Source of the DNA: Squalus acanthias | Taxonomy: Eukaryota | Direction: 5' to 3' | NCBI GenBank assembly: GCA_030390025.1 | Contig: JASTWF010000033.1 | Location: forward strand, 4,590,001 to 4,654,000 | Length of the DNA stretch: 64,000 bases | Shown: positions 1 to 10,589 of the stretch, in pieces | Layout: each line of letters begins with the position of its first letter | Numbering within the stretch: position 1 is the stretch's first letter | Notes under the pieces: generated by a model | Told to the model about the DNA's origin: nothing | What the model saw: only the letters and a program-made list of their open reading frames with translations | The model's database searches: none | Program-made: the position numbers and the translations under genes

Positions 1-499
1 TTCCGCACTCATGAAGACGGTCTCAATCGGGATCTTGGGTTTATGTCACGATACATGACGTGATCCGGACTCGAGTCGTCGTTGGCTTGTTCACAGATGT
101 GATTCCCAGTAAAAAAGTAAAAATTTTAAAGTTAATCGTTTTACATACAGACGGCAGCTTTTGACACGTTAGACCCCATGCGATTCCACCTCATTGTCTC
201 AGTTGTATCTTGCTATGTCTTTGATGTGGTACCTTCCTGGCTGACCTGATTAACTTTATCACACCTCGGCAGATAAACAGTCAGGATGATTGAATTCAGT
301 TGTCTGCAATTGTAAGTTACACATGCATTGTTCTCTATCTATATATGCTTTGACGATTCTGTATCTCCTCACTTCACCCGACGAAGGAGTTGTAACTCCG
401 AAAGCTTGTGATTTAAAATAAAACTGTTGGACAATAACTTGGTGTTGTGCGACCTCTCAATTTTGTCCACCCGAGTCCAACACCGGCATCTCCGCATCA
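1..499 (+). repeat. 5' pseudo-LTR (cut by the window edge)
   Basis: Matches 3115-3613 at offset 3114, about 5 substitutions by eye (103, 382, 425, 433, 473). Confidence 0.95.
374..411 (+). ncRNA. Minimal type I hammerhead ribozyme (5' pLTR)
   Basis: TCAC-CCGACGA-A-GGAGT-TGTA-ACTCC-GAAAGCTT-GTGA: stem I TCAC/GTGA, CYGANGA core, stem II, GAAA, palindromic AAGCTT. Confidence 0.75.
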
Positions 500-3177
500 T
501 GACCACTATCGACACCACAAACTGCCGGCTCAAAGTGGAGAGAATCGCCAAGAAGATCGCGCATATCGACACCGACATCAAGTATCTACAGAGATGCAAG
601 AAAGCAGACAAGATCCCGAAAGGACTACAGATCACGAACCCACTCAAGTCGACATACAACACAGACTACGCTGAGAGACTCTGCCGTCGTACCTCTCGCA
701 CACTCCTTAACCATCTCGTACACCAGCTCTACAGCAAACGCCACAACCTCGAAACCAAGATAGAGTCCATGCTCTCAGCCTGTGCTCAGAACACAGCAGA
801 CCAGTTACGAGACACCGCCAAACAGTCGAGGCAATGGAACTACGCTGCCTATATGCGCATCAAGAACAGGAAGCTTGAGAAACTCGGCATCACCACCAGC
901 AGCAACCAAGCCTCCCCCGGTACCACGGCTGCAACCAAAGGGAAGTCCATCGTCAATTTGTCCGACCATACCCTTCAACCAGACGAAATCGAAGTTCTCG
1001 CCCTAGGGCTCAAGTTCTGCCCAACCACCAAAATGGACCCCATTGGTCTCGCGGCAGACACGGAGAAATTCATCAGGAGAATGAGGCTCCGGGAATACTT
1101 CCACAAATCCCAAGATGTCAGCAACAAACCCAATGAGACAATCAATGATCCAGAACAGCAGACAGAGGGACTCGCAGTGCAGCAACCGAAGAAAAAAGAG
1201 TCAAACTGGACCCCTCCGGAGGGTCGATGCCCCAAGCTTGACATGTATGCTCAAGCTGTCAGGAGATGCATCAACGCCAGATTCATCAGCCGCACTCACA
1301 AGACAGTCCAGAATGTCACCCGAGTACAACGCAACGCCATCCACGCTCTCAAGACCAACCGCAACATTGTCATCAAACCAGCGGACAAAGGAGGAGCCAT
1401 CGTCATACAGAACAGAATGGACTATTGTAAAGAAGCAAACCGACAACTGGACAACCTGGAACACTACAGACAGCTACCCGCAGATCCGACCAAAGAACAC
1501 ACCCGCCAACTCAATAGACTGATCAAGACCTTCGATCCAGACCTTCAAAACATCCTACGCGCTCTCATCCCACGTACTCCCCACGTGGGAGACTTCTACT
1601 GCCTCCCAAAGATACACAAAGCCAACACACCCGGACGTCCTATCGTATCAGGCAATGAAACCCTGTGTGAGAACCTCTCTGGATATGTCGAGGGCATTCT
1701 GAAACCCATCGTACAGGGAACCCCCAGCTTCTGTCGTGACACTACAGACTTCTTACAGAAACTCAGCACCCACGGACCAGTTGAACCAGGAACACTCCTC
1801 GCCACGATGGACGTATCGGCACTCTACACCAGTATCCCCCACGATGACGGCATCGCTGCGACAGCCTCAGTACTCAACACCAACAACAGCCAATCTCCAG
1901 ACGCCATCCTACAACTCATCCGCTTCATCCTTGACCACAGTGTCTTCACCTTCGACAACCATTTTTTTACCCAAACACACGGAACAGCCATGGGGACCAA
2001 ATTCGCACCCCAATACGCCAACATCTTCATGCACAAGTTCGAGCAAGACTTCTTCACTGCACAGGACCGCCAGCCAACGCTGTACACCAGATACATCGAC
2101 GACATTTTCTTCCTTTGGACCCATGGCGAAGGATCACTGAAAAGACTACACGATAACATAAACAAGTTCCATCCCACCATCAAACTCACCATGGACTACT
2201 CCTCAGAATCGGTTTCATTCCTGGACACACGAATCTCCATCAAAGACGGACACCTCAGCACTTCACTCTACCGCAAGCCCACGGACAACCTCACGATGCT
2301 CCACTTCTCCAGCTTCCACCCTAACCACGCTAAAGAAGCCATCCCCTATGGACAAGCCCTGCGAATACACAGGATCTGCTCAGACGAGGAGGAACGCGAT
2401 GGACACCTACGGACGCTGAAAAACGCCCTCATAAGAACGGGATATGACGCTCGACTCATCGATCGACAGTTCCGACGGGCCACAGCGAAAAATCGCATAG
2501 ACCTCCTCAGAAGGCAAACACGGGACACAACCAACAGGGTAGCCTACGTCGTCCAGTACTTCCCCGGAGCGGAGAAACTATGCCATGTTCTTCGCAGCCT
2601 TCAACATGTCATCGATGACGACAAACACCTCGCTAAGGCCATCCCCACGCCTCCACTACTTGCCTTCAAACAGCCGCCTAACCTCAGAAGTACCATCGTT
2701 CGCAGCAAATTACCCAGCTTTCAGGATAACAGCGACCACGACACCACACAACCCTGCCACGGCAAACTCTGCCAGACATCCCAGATCATCAACACAGATA
2801 CCATCATCACACGTGAGGACACTACCCACCAGGTACATGGTACATACTCATGTGACTCGGCCAACGTTGTCTACCTCATACGTTGCAGGAAAGAATGCAC
2901 CGCGGCATGGTACATCGGCAAGACCATGCAGACACTGAGACAACGTATGAACGAGCACCGCGCAACAATCACCAGGCAGGATTGTTACATCCCAGTCGGG
3001 GAACACTTCAGCAGTCAAGGACATTCAGCCTCGGATCTGCGGGTAAGCGTTCTCCAAGGCTGCCTTAGGAAAACACGACAGCGCAAAATCATCGAGCAGA
3101 AACTGATAGCCAAGTTCCGCACTCATGAAGACGGTCTCAATCGGGATCTTGGGTTTATGTCACGATACATGACGTGA
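499..3177 (+). CDS. Penelope-like polyprotein: N-terminal domain, reverse transcriptase, GIY-YIG endonuclease (892 aa)
   Basis: Uninterrupted ORF; motifs IKPADKGG, LPKIHK, PGRPIVS, MDVSALYTSIP, GTAMG, RYIDD, FLD, LYRKPT; endonuclease NVVYLIRC..WYIGKT..LRQRMNEH..HF..H..E..GLN. First ATG at 499 (the ORF track starts at an upstream TTG). Confidence 0.93.
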   Translation: MTTIDTTNCRLKVERIAKKIAHIDTDIKYLQRCKKADKIPKGLQITNPLKSTYNTDYAERLCRRTSRTLLNHLVHQLYSKRHNLETKIESMLSACAQNTADQLRDTAKQSRQWNYAAYMRIKNRKLEKLGITTSSNQASPGTTAATKGKSIVNLSDHTLQPDEIEVLALGLKFCPTTKMDPIGLAADTEKFIRRMRLREYFHKSQDVSNKPNETINDPEQQTEGLAVQQPKKKESNWTPPEGRCPKLDMYAQAVRRCINARFISRTHKTVQNVTRVQRNAIHALKTNRNIVIKPADKGGAIVIQNRMDYCKEANRQLDNLEHYRQLPADPTKEHTRQLNRLIKTFDPDLQNILRALIPRTPHVGDFYCLPKIHKANTPGRPIVSGNETLCENLSGYVEGILKPIVQGTPSFCRDTTDFLQKLSTHGPVEPGTLLATMDVSALYTSIPHDDGIAATASVLNTNNSQSPDAILQLIRFILDHSVFTFDNHFFTQTHGTAMGTKFAPQYANIFMHKFEQDFFTAQDRQPTLYTRYIDDIFFLWTHGEGSLKRLHDNINKFHPTIKLTMDYSSESVSFLDTRISIKDGHLSTSLYRKPTDNLTMLHFSSFHPNHAKEAIPYGQALRIHRICSDEEERDGHLRTLKNALIRTGYDARLIDRQFRRATAKNRIDLLRRQTRDTTNRVAYVVQYFPGAEKLCHVLRSLQHVIDDDKHLAKAIPTPPLLAFKQPPNLRSTIVRSKLPSFQDNSDHDTTQPCHGKLCQTSQIINTDTIITREDTTHQVHGTYSCDSANVVYLIRCRKECTAAWYIGKTMQTLRQRMNEHRATITRQDCYIPVGEHFSSQGHSASDLRVSVLQGCLRKTRQRKIIEQKLIAKFRTHEDGLNRDLGFMSRYMT

Positions 3178-3613
3178 TCCGGACTCGAGTCGTCGTTGGC
3201 TTGTTCACAGATGTGACTCCCAGTAAAAAAGTAAAAATTTTAAAGTTAATCGTTTTACATACAGACGGCAGCTTTTGACACGTTAGACCCCATGCGATTC
3301 CACCTCATTGTCTCAGTTGTATCTTGCTATGTCTTTGATGTGGTACCTTCCTGGCTGACCTGATTAACTTTATCACACCTCGGCAGATAAACAGTCAGGA
3401 TGATTGAATTCAGTTGTCTGCAATTGTAAGTTACACATGCATTGTTCTCTATCTATATATGCTTTGACGATTCTGTATCTCCTCACTTCACCCGATGAAG
3501 GAGTTGTAACTCCGAAAGCTTGTGATTTAAAATAAAACCGTTGGACTATAACTTGGTGTTGTGCGACCTCTCAATTTTGTCCACCCCAGTCCAACACCGG
3601 CATCTCCGCATCA
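3115..3613 (+). repeat. 3' pseudo-LTR
   Basis: Direct repeat of 1-499; overlaps ORF end and 3' UTR. Confidence 0.95.
3488..3525 (+). ncRNA. Minimal type I hammerhead ribozyme (3' pLTR)
   Basis: TCAC-CCGATGA-A-GGAGT-TGTA-ACTCC-GAAAGCTT-GTGA followed by AATAAA. Confidence 0.78.
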
Positions 3614-3851
3614 AGATAACTTGAACACAGACAAGCCCTGAATACACAGCTTTTGCTGTCTGTCTCTCTCTCTCACACACACAGACACAGCCAGCCTGCA
3701 AAATTGCCACAAATCACTGTCAGCAATGAAAGAAAGTTGATTTCTATCATTTCTCTGCTCTGCTTGGCAGTTTAAAAGCAAACAGACAGCTGTTTTCAGT
3801 ATTTTATCTTTTCAGTTTGCGGCCTACAGAAACAGGCTTTCTAATCTGCAT

Positions 3852-4112
3852 CAAAAGCAAATGCTGTGCATGTGGAAAATCTGAAATAAAATCAGAAAAT
3901 GCTGGAAATACTCAGGAGGTAAGGTAGCATCTGTGGAGAGAGAGAGAAACAGAGATAATGTTTCAGTTCGATTACCTTTTGTCAGATTCTGGCAAGGTTC
4001 TGACGAAAGGTCATCGAGCTGAAACATTTACTTTGTTTCTCTGTATCTCCACTGATGCTGCCTAACATACTGAGTATTTCCAGCATTTTTTGTTTTTATT
4101 TCTATTCTGCAT
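3852..4112. mobile_element. Palindromic non-autonomous element, probably inverted PLE pLTR ends, with two degenerate hammerhead motifs
   Basis: ~105-bp inverted arms 3882-3986 / 3999-4102; CTGACGA-AAGGTCATCGAGCT-GAAAC on + and CTGACAA-AAGGTAATCGAACT-GAAAC on -. Confidence 0.7.
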
Positions 4113-4679
4113 GTTGTCTTGATTTCATGTGTTTCTCTCAATGCCAGCCTACCTGCCTTATATTGATTTGAGTAGAGTGGAATAAAAAGAATGCAAAGAT
4201 CCCAAATAGCTTTTATTTTCAGACAGTCCACAAAGACATTTTTCGGTATTTCACTGACTGACTGTCTGTCTTGAATTAAAGTGAAATGAAATAAAGTGCA
4301 ATAAAGCGATACACAACAGCATTACATGTGGACCAGGCCAGAATGAAATCAATAGAGTTTAATACAACAACAGCAATTAATAAGACAGCAGACCACATCT
4401 CACACAAACACCAGCTTTTGCCCTTTCTCTCTCTCTCACACAGACACACTCACAGCCTGGCCAGTCTGCAGAGAGATGACTGCCGTGTTGGCTGATTAAA
4501 ATCAAAAAGACACTTTTCAGTATCTTATCTTTTCACTTTGTGACCTACAGAAACAGGCTTTCTGTTCTGCTACTTGCCTTTTGATTTCATGTCTCTCTCT
4601 CTCTCACTGACTCTCTGTCTGTCTTCCACTCACACAGACACCCTCCCACCCACATTGAACTAAAATTTACAGTAACATG

Positions 4680-4850
4680 ACACACACACTCACACAGACT
4701 CTGCAATTAGCAGACACACAGACACCCACGCACACAGACACACTCATACAGACTCTGCAATTTGCAGACACACAGACACCCACTCACTTACAGACACACT
4801 CACACAGTCTCTGCAATTTGCAGAAACTCAACTTCACACAGACACACAGT
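4680..4850 (+). repeat. CA-rich ~55-bp tandem repeat, 3 copies
   Basis: cacacagactctgcaatt(t/a)gcagacacacagacacccac recurs. Confidence 0.75.
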
Positions 4851-7800
4851 CTCCCTCTCAAACCATTCTCTCTCGCTCCCCAGTCTCTCGCTATCGCTCC
4901 GACAGTCTCTCTCTCTCTCTCTTACCATTCTCTCTCTCTCTCCAGTCTCTCTTTCTCCAGTCTCTCTCTCCCCTTTGTCTCTCTCACTCTCCCCAGTCTC
5001 TCTCTCTCTCTGCTCCAGTTCCTCTCTCTCCAGACTCTCTTTCTCCCAAGTCTCTCTAACTCTCTCCAGTCTCTGCCTCTCTCCAGTCTCTCTCTCCCCT
5101 CAGTCTCTCTCTCTCTCCCCAGTCTCTCTCTCTCCCAGTATCACTCTCTCTCCAGTCTCACTCTGTCCACAGTCTCTCTCTATCCCCTGTCTCACTCTCT
5201 ACAGTCTCTCTCTCTCCCCAATCTCTCTCTCTCCCCAATCTCTCTCTCTCCCTGTCTCACCCTCTCTCTAGTCTCTCTCTCTCCGCAGTCTCACTCTAAC
5301 ACTTGTCTCTCTCTGCCACAGTCTCTCTCCCTCTCTCACCCCCAGTCTCTCTCCCTCTGCTCCATTCTCTCGCTTTCTCTCCAGTATCACTCTCACTCCA
5401 GACTTTCTAAAATCCCCAGTCAAATTCTCTCCCCGTTCTCCAACTCTCGTTCAGTCTCTCTCTCTCTCCACAGTCTCTGTGTCTCACTCAGTTGCTCTCT
5501 CTCCCTGCTGTCTCTCTCTCTCTCTGACTGTTTTCTCTCTCTCCCCAGTCTCTCTCTCTCACCCCCAGTCTATCTCACTCCAGTCTCTTTCTCCCCCACA
5601 GTCTCCCTCTCAAACCATTCTCTCTCGCTCCCCCCTGTCTCTCGCTACCTCTCCGACAGTCTCTCTCTCTCCGACAATCTCTCTCTCTCTCTCTTACCAT
5701 TCTCTCTGTCTCTCCAGTCTCTCTTTCTCCAGTCTCTCTCTCTTTCCGCACTCCCTCTCCCCGAGGCTCTCTCACTCTCTCCAGTCTCTCTCTCCCCTAG
5801 TCTCTCTCTCTCTCTGCTCCAGAACCTCTCTCTCCAGACTCTCTTTATCTCCAGTCTCTCTCTCTCCCCAATCTCGCTCTCTCCCCAGTCCGTCACTATC
5901 CGCAGTCACTCTCTCTCCCCTGTCTCCCTCTCTGCATTCTCTCTCTCTCCCCAATCTCTCTCTCTCCCCTTTCTCTCTCTCTTCATTCTCTCTCTCTCCA
6001 ATCTCTCTCTACCCCAGTCTCCCTCTCGCTCCCCAGTCCCTCTCTCTTTCCCGAGACTCTCTCTCTCTCCGCCAGAGTCTCTCTCTCCCCGTCTCTCTCT
6101 CTCTATGCTCCAGTTTATCTCTCTCCAGTCTCTCTTTCTTTATAGCCTCTCTCTTAACCTAATCTATCTCTCTCCAAATCTCTCTGTCTCACCGGACTCG
6201 CTCTCCCACAGTCTCTCTCTCTCTCTCTCCCCATTCTCTCTCTCCCCCAGTCCATCTCTCTGTCCCTAGTCTCTCGCTCTCTGCTACAATTCCGCTCTCT
6301 CCAGTCTCGCTTTCTCTCCAGTCTCTCTCTCTCCCGAGTCTCTCTCTCTCTCCAAAGTCTCCCTCACCCCCAGTCTCTTTCTCTCCCACAGTCCCCCTTC
6401 TCTAACCATTCTCTCTCGCTCCCCAGTCTCTCTCACTCCGACATTCTTTCTCTCTCTCTAGACTCTCTTTTCCAATCTCTCTCTCTCCAGTCTCTGTCCC
6501 CTAATCTCTCTCTCTCTCTCCCCAGTCTCACTCTTCCCAGTCTCTCTCTCTCTGCTCCAGTTGCTCTCTCTCTCGACTCTCTTTCTCTCATGTCTCACTC
6601 TCTCTCTCCAATCTCTCTCTCTGCCCAGTCTCTCTCTCTCCCAGTCTCACTCTCTCTCCAGTCTCTCTCTCTCTCACCAGTCTCCCTCTCTCACTGCTTT
6701 CTATCTCACCCCTTATCACTCTCTCTGCCCAGTCCATCTCTCTGTCCATAGTCTCTCGCTCTCTCCTACAATTCCTCTCTCTCCAGTCTCGCTTTTTCTC
6801 CAGTCTCTCTCTCTCCCGAGTCTCTCTCTCTCCAAAGTCTCTCTCAACCCCGTCTCTTTCTCTCCCACAGACCCCCTCTCTAAAATTCTCTCTCGCTCCC
6901 CAGTCTATCTCTCCGACAGTCTCTCTCTCTCCCCATTCTTTCTCCCTCTCTCGACTCTCTTTTCCAATCTCTCTTATTCCAGTCTCTTTCCCCTAGTCTC
7001 TCTCTCTCTCCCCAGTCTCACTCTCCCCAGTCTCTCTCTCTCTGCTCCAGTTGTTCTCTCCCAAGACTCTCTTTCTCTCCAGACTCTCTTTCTCTCCAGT
7101 CTCTCTCTCCCCAGTCTACTCTCTCCCCAGTCTCTCTCTCTGCTCCAGATCCTCTCTCTTCAGACTCTCTTTCTCTCCAGTCTCTCTCCCTCCCCAATCT
7201 CTTCCTCTCCCCAGTCTCTCTCTCTCTCTCTCTCCCAGTCTCACTCTCTCTCCAGTCTCTCTCTCTCCCTGATATCTCTCTCTGCCCAGTCTCTCTCTCT
7301 CCCAGTCTCACTCTCTCTCCAGTCTCTCTCTCTCCCTCATCTCTCTCTCTGCCCAGTCTCTCTCTCTCCCTCATCTCTCTCTCTGCCCAGTCTCTCTCTC
7401 TCCCAGTCTCACTCTCTCTCCAGTCTCTCTCTCTCCCTGATCTCTCTCTCTTCCCAGTCTCTCTCTCTCCCACTCTCACTCTCTCCAGTCTTTCTCTCTC
7501 CCAGTCTCACTCTATCCCCTGTGTTCAATCTCTCCAGTCTCTCTCTCTCCCCAATCTCTCTCTCCCCCCAGTCTCTCTCTCTCCCCAGTCTCTCTTTCTC
7601 CCCAGTCTCTCTCTCACTCCCCAGTCTCACTCTCTCTCCCCAGTCTCACTCTCTCTCCGGTCTCTCTCTGTCCGCAGTCTCTCTCTATCCCCTGTGTTCA
7701 CTCTCTCCAGTCTCTCTCTCTCCCCAGTCTCTCTCTCTCCCCAATCTCTCTCTCCCCAGTCTCTCTCTATCTCTCTCCCCAATCTCTCTCTCTCTCCCCA

Positions 7801-10551
7801 GTCTCTCTCTCTCCCCATTCTCTCTCTCTCTCTCCCCAGTCTCTCTCACTCCAGTCTCTTTCTCTCCCACAGTCTCCCTCTCAAACAATTCTCTCTAGCT
7901 CTCCAGTCTCTCGCTATCGCTCCGACAGTCTCTCTCTCTCCGACAGGCTCTGTCTTACCATTCTCTCTCTCTCTCTCCATGCTCACTCTCCCCTAGTCTC
8001 TCACTCTCCCCAGTCTCTCTCTCTGCTCCAGTTCCTCTCTCTCCAGACTCTCTTTCTCTCCAGTCTCTCAGTCTCTCTCTCTCCCTCATCTCTCTCTCTG
8101 CCCAGTCTCTCTCTCTCCCTCATCTCTCTCTCTGCCCAGTCTCTCTCTCTCCCAGTCTCACTCACTCTCCAGTCTCTCTCTCTCCCTGATAAATCTCTCT
8201 GCCCAGTCTCTCTCTCTCCCACTCTCACTCTCTCTCCAGTCTTTCTCTCTCCCAGTCTCACTCTATCCCCTGTGTTCACTCTCTCCAGTCTCTCTCTCTC
8301 CCCAATCTCTCTCTCCCCCCAGTCTCTCTCTCTCCCCAGTCTCTCTTTCTCCCCAGTCTCTCTCTCACTCCCCAGTCTCACTCTCTCTCCCCAGTCTCAC
8401 TCTCTCTCCAGTCTCTCTCTGTCCGCAGTCTCTCTCTATCCCCTGTGTTCACTCTCTCCAGTCTCTCTCTCCCCAGTCTCTCTCTATCTCTCTCCCCAAT
8501 CTCTCTCTCTCCCCAGTCTCTCTCTCTCCCCATTCGCTCTCTCTCTCTCCCCAGTCTCTCTCACTCCAGTCTCTTTCTCTCCCACAGTCTCCCTCTCAAA
8601 CAATTCTCTCTCGCTCCCCAGTCTCTCGCTATCGCTCCGACAGTCTCTCTCTCTCCGATAGGCTCTCTCTTACCATTCTCTCTCTCTCTCCAGGCTCACT
8701 CTCCCCTAGTCTCTCACTCTCCCCAGTCTCTCTCTCTCTGCTCCAGTTCCTCTCTCTCCAGACTCTCTTTCTCTCTAGTCTCTCTCTCTCCCCAATCTCT
8801 CTCTCTGCCCAGTCTCTCTCTCTCCCAGTCTCACTCTCTCTCCATCTCTCTCTCTCCCCACTCTCTCTCTCTCCCAGTCTCGCTCTCACTCCAGTCTCTC
8901 TCTCTCTCCACAATATCTCTCTATCCCCTGTCTCACTCTCTCCAGTCTCTCTCGCTCCCCAATCTCTCTCTCTCCCCAGTCTGCAACTCCCAGTCTCTCT
9001 CTCTCTCTCCAATCTCTCTCTCTCAGCAGTCACTCTCTCCCACCTGTCTTTCTCTGTCCATTCTCTCTCTCCCCAGTCTCTCTCTCTCTCCCCTGTCTCT
9101 CTCTCTCCATTCTCTCTCTCTCTCTCTCCAGTCTCTCTCTCCCCTGTCTCTCTCTCTCCATTCTCTCTCTCTCCAAGTCTCTCTGTCTCACCGGCCTCGC
9201 TCTCCCACAGTCTCTCTCTCTCCCCATTCTCTCTCTCCCACAGTCCCTCTCTCTCACCAGTCTCAATCTCTCTGCTCCAGTTCCTCTCTCTCCAGACTCT
9301 CTTTCTCTCCAGTCTCTCTCTCTCCCCAATCTCTCTCTCTCCCCAGTCTCTCTCTATCCCCTGTCTCTGTCTGCCCCAGTCTCTCTCCCTCTCTCACCCC
9401 CAGTCTCTCTCCCTCTGCTCCATTCTCTCGCTTTCTCTCCAGGCTCACTCTCACTCCAGACTTTCTATTTCCCCAGTCTCATTGTCTCCCCATTTTCTAT
9501 CTATCGTTCAGTCTCTCTCTCTCCACAGTCTCTGTGTCTCCCTCAGTTTCTCTCTCTCTGCCGTCTCTCTCTCTCTCTCCGACAATCTTACTCTCTCTCC
9601 CCATTCTCTCTCTCTCTCACCCCCAGTCTCTCTCACTCCAGTCTCTTTCTCTCCCACAGTCTGCCTCTCAAACCATTCTCTCTCGCTCTCCAGTCTCTCG
9701 CTATCTCTGTCTCCCCCAGTCCCTCTCTCTCACCAGTCTCCCTCTCTCACTGCATTCTATCTTGCCCCTAATCCCTCTCTCTCCCCCAGGCTATCTCTCT
9801 CTCCCCAGTCTATCTCACTCTGCTCCAGCCTCTCTCTCTAGTCTCGCTTTCTCCCCATTCTCTCTCTCTCTCCCTAATCACTCTCTCTTTCCACAGTCTC
9901 TCTCACCCCCAGTCTCTCTCTCTCCAGTCTCCCTCTCCCCAGTCTCTTACCCGCCCGCAGTCTCCCACTCACTCCAGTCCTTCTCTCTCCCCCATTATTT
10001 ATCTCCCTCCAGGCTCTCTCACTCCGACAGTCTCGCTCTCTCTACCCATTCTCTCTCTCCTCCAGTCTCGATCTCTCCAGTCTCTATCTCTCCCCCAGTC
10101 GAACTCTCTCTCACATTTCTCACTCCCACCCATCTCCCTCTGTCTCCAGTATCTCTCTCGCCAAGTATCTCTCTCCGTCTCCAGTCCCTCTCTCTTCCCA
10201 GTCACTCTCTCCAGTCTCTCTCCCTCCCACAGTCTCTCTCACTATCGCAATTCTCTCTCTCTCCCAAAGCATCTCTCTCCAGACATCTCTCTCTCCAGAT
10301 TCTCTCTCCCCGTCTCTCTCATCTCCCCCTGTCCCACTATCTCTCCCCAGTCTTTCTCTCTCTCTCTGCCCAGTCTCTCCCTCACCCCCAGTCTCTTTCT
10401 CTCTGCTACAGTCTCGCTCACTCTCTCCAGTCTCAATCTCACTCCAGTCTTTCTTTCTCCCCAATCACACCCTCTCCCTATTCTCTCTCTCTCTTACCAA
10501 ATCTCTCTCACTCCAGTCTCTCTCGCTCCCCAGTCTCTCGCTCTCTCTCCG

Positions 10552-10589
<38 letters not shown>

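Larger units (their letters stand above)
1..3613 (+). mobile_element. Penelope-like retroelement (probably Neptune-type) with direct pseudo-LTRs; may extend left of the window
   Basis: Single RT + GIY-YIG ORF; 1-499 is repeated at 3115-3613 and includes the 3' end of the ORF; hammerhead motif in each repeat. Confidence 0.95.

Noticed and set aside
427..498. TTG start extending the PLE ORF to 916 aa
   Set aside because: Eukaryotic element; this stretch is pLTR sequence and ATG 499 is the likely start
369..2938. Small overlapping or antisense ORFs within the PLE
   Set aside because: Shadow frames with no recognisable motifs
3175..3300. Selenocysteine read-through of the TGA stop, as in some Naiad PLEs
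   Set aside because: The stop follows the normal GLN terminus, another TGA comes shortly after, no SECIS was recognised, and the domain order is not Naiad-like
1..3613. LTR retrotransposon, telomerase, or bacterial retron/group II RT
   Set aside because: No gag, protease or integrase, and no TG..CA ends; the repeat overlaps the ORF and RT + GIY-YIG is diagnostic of PLEs
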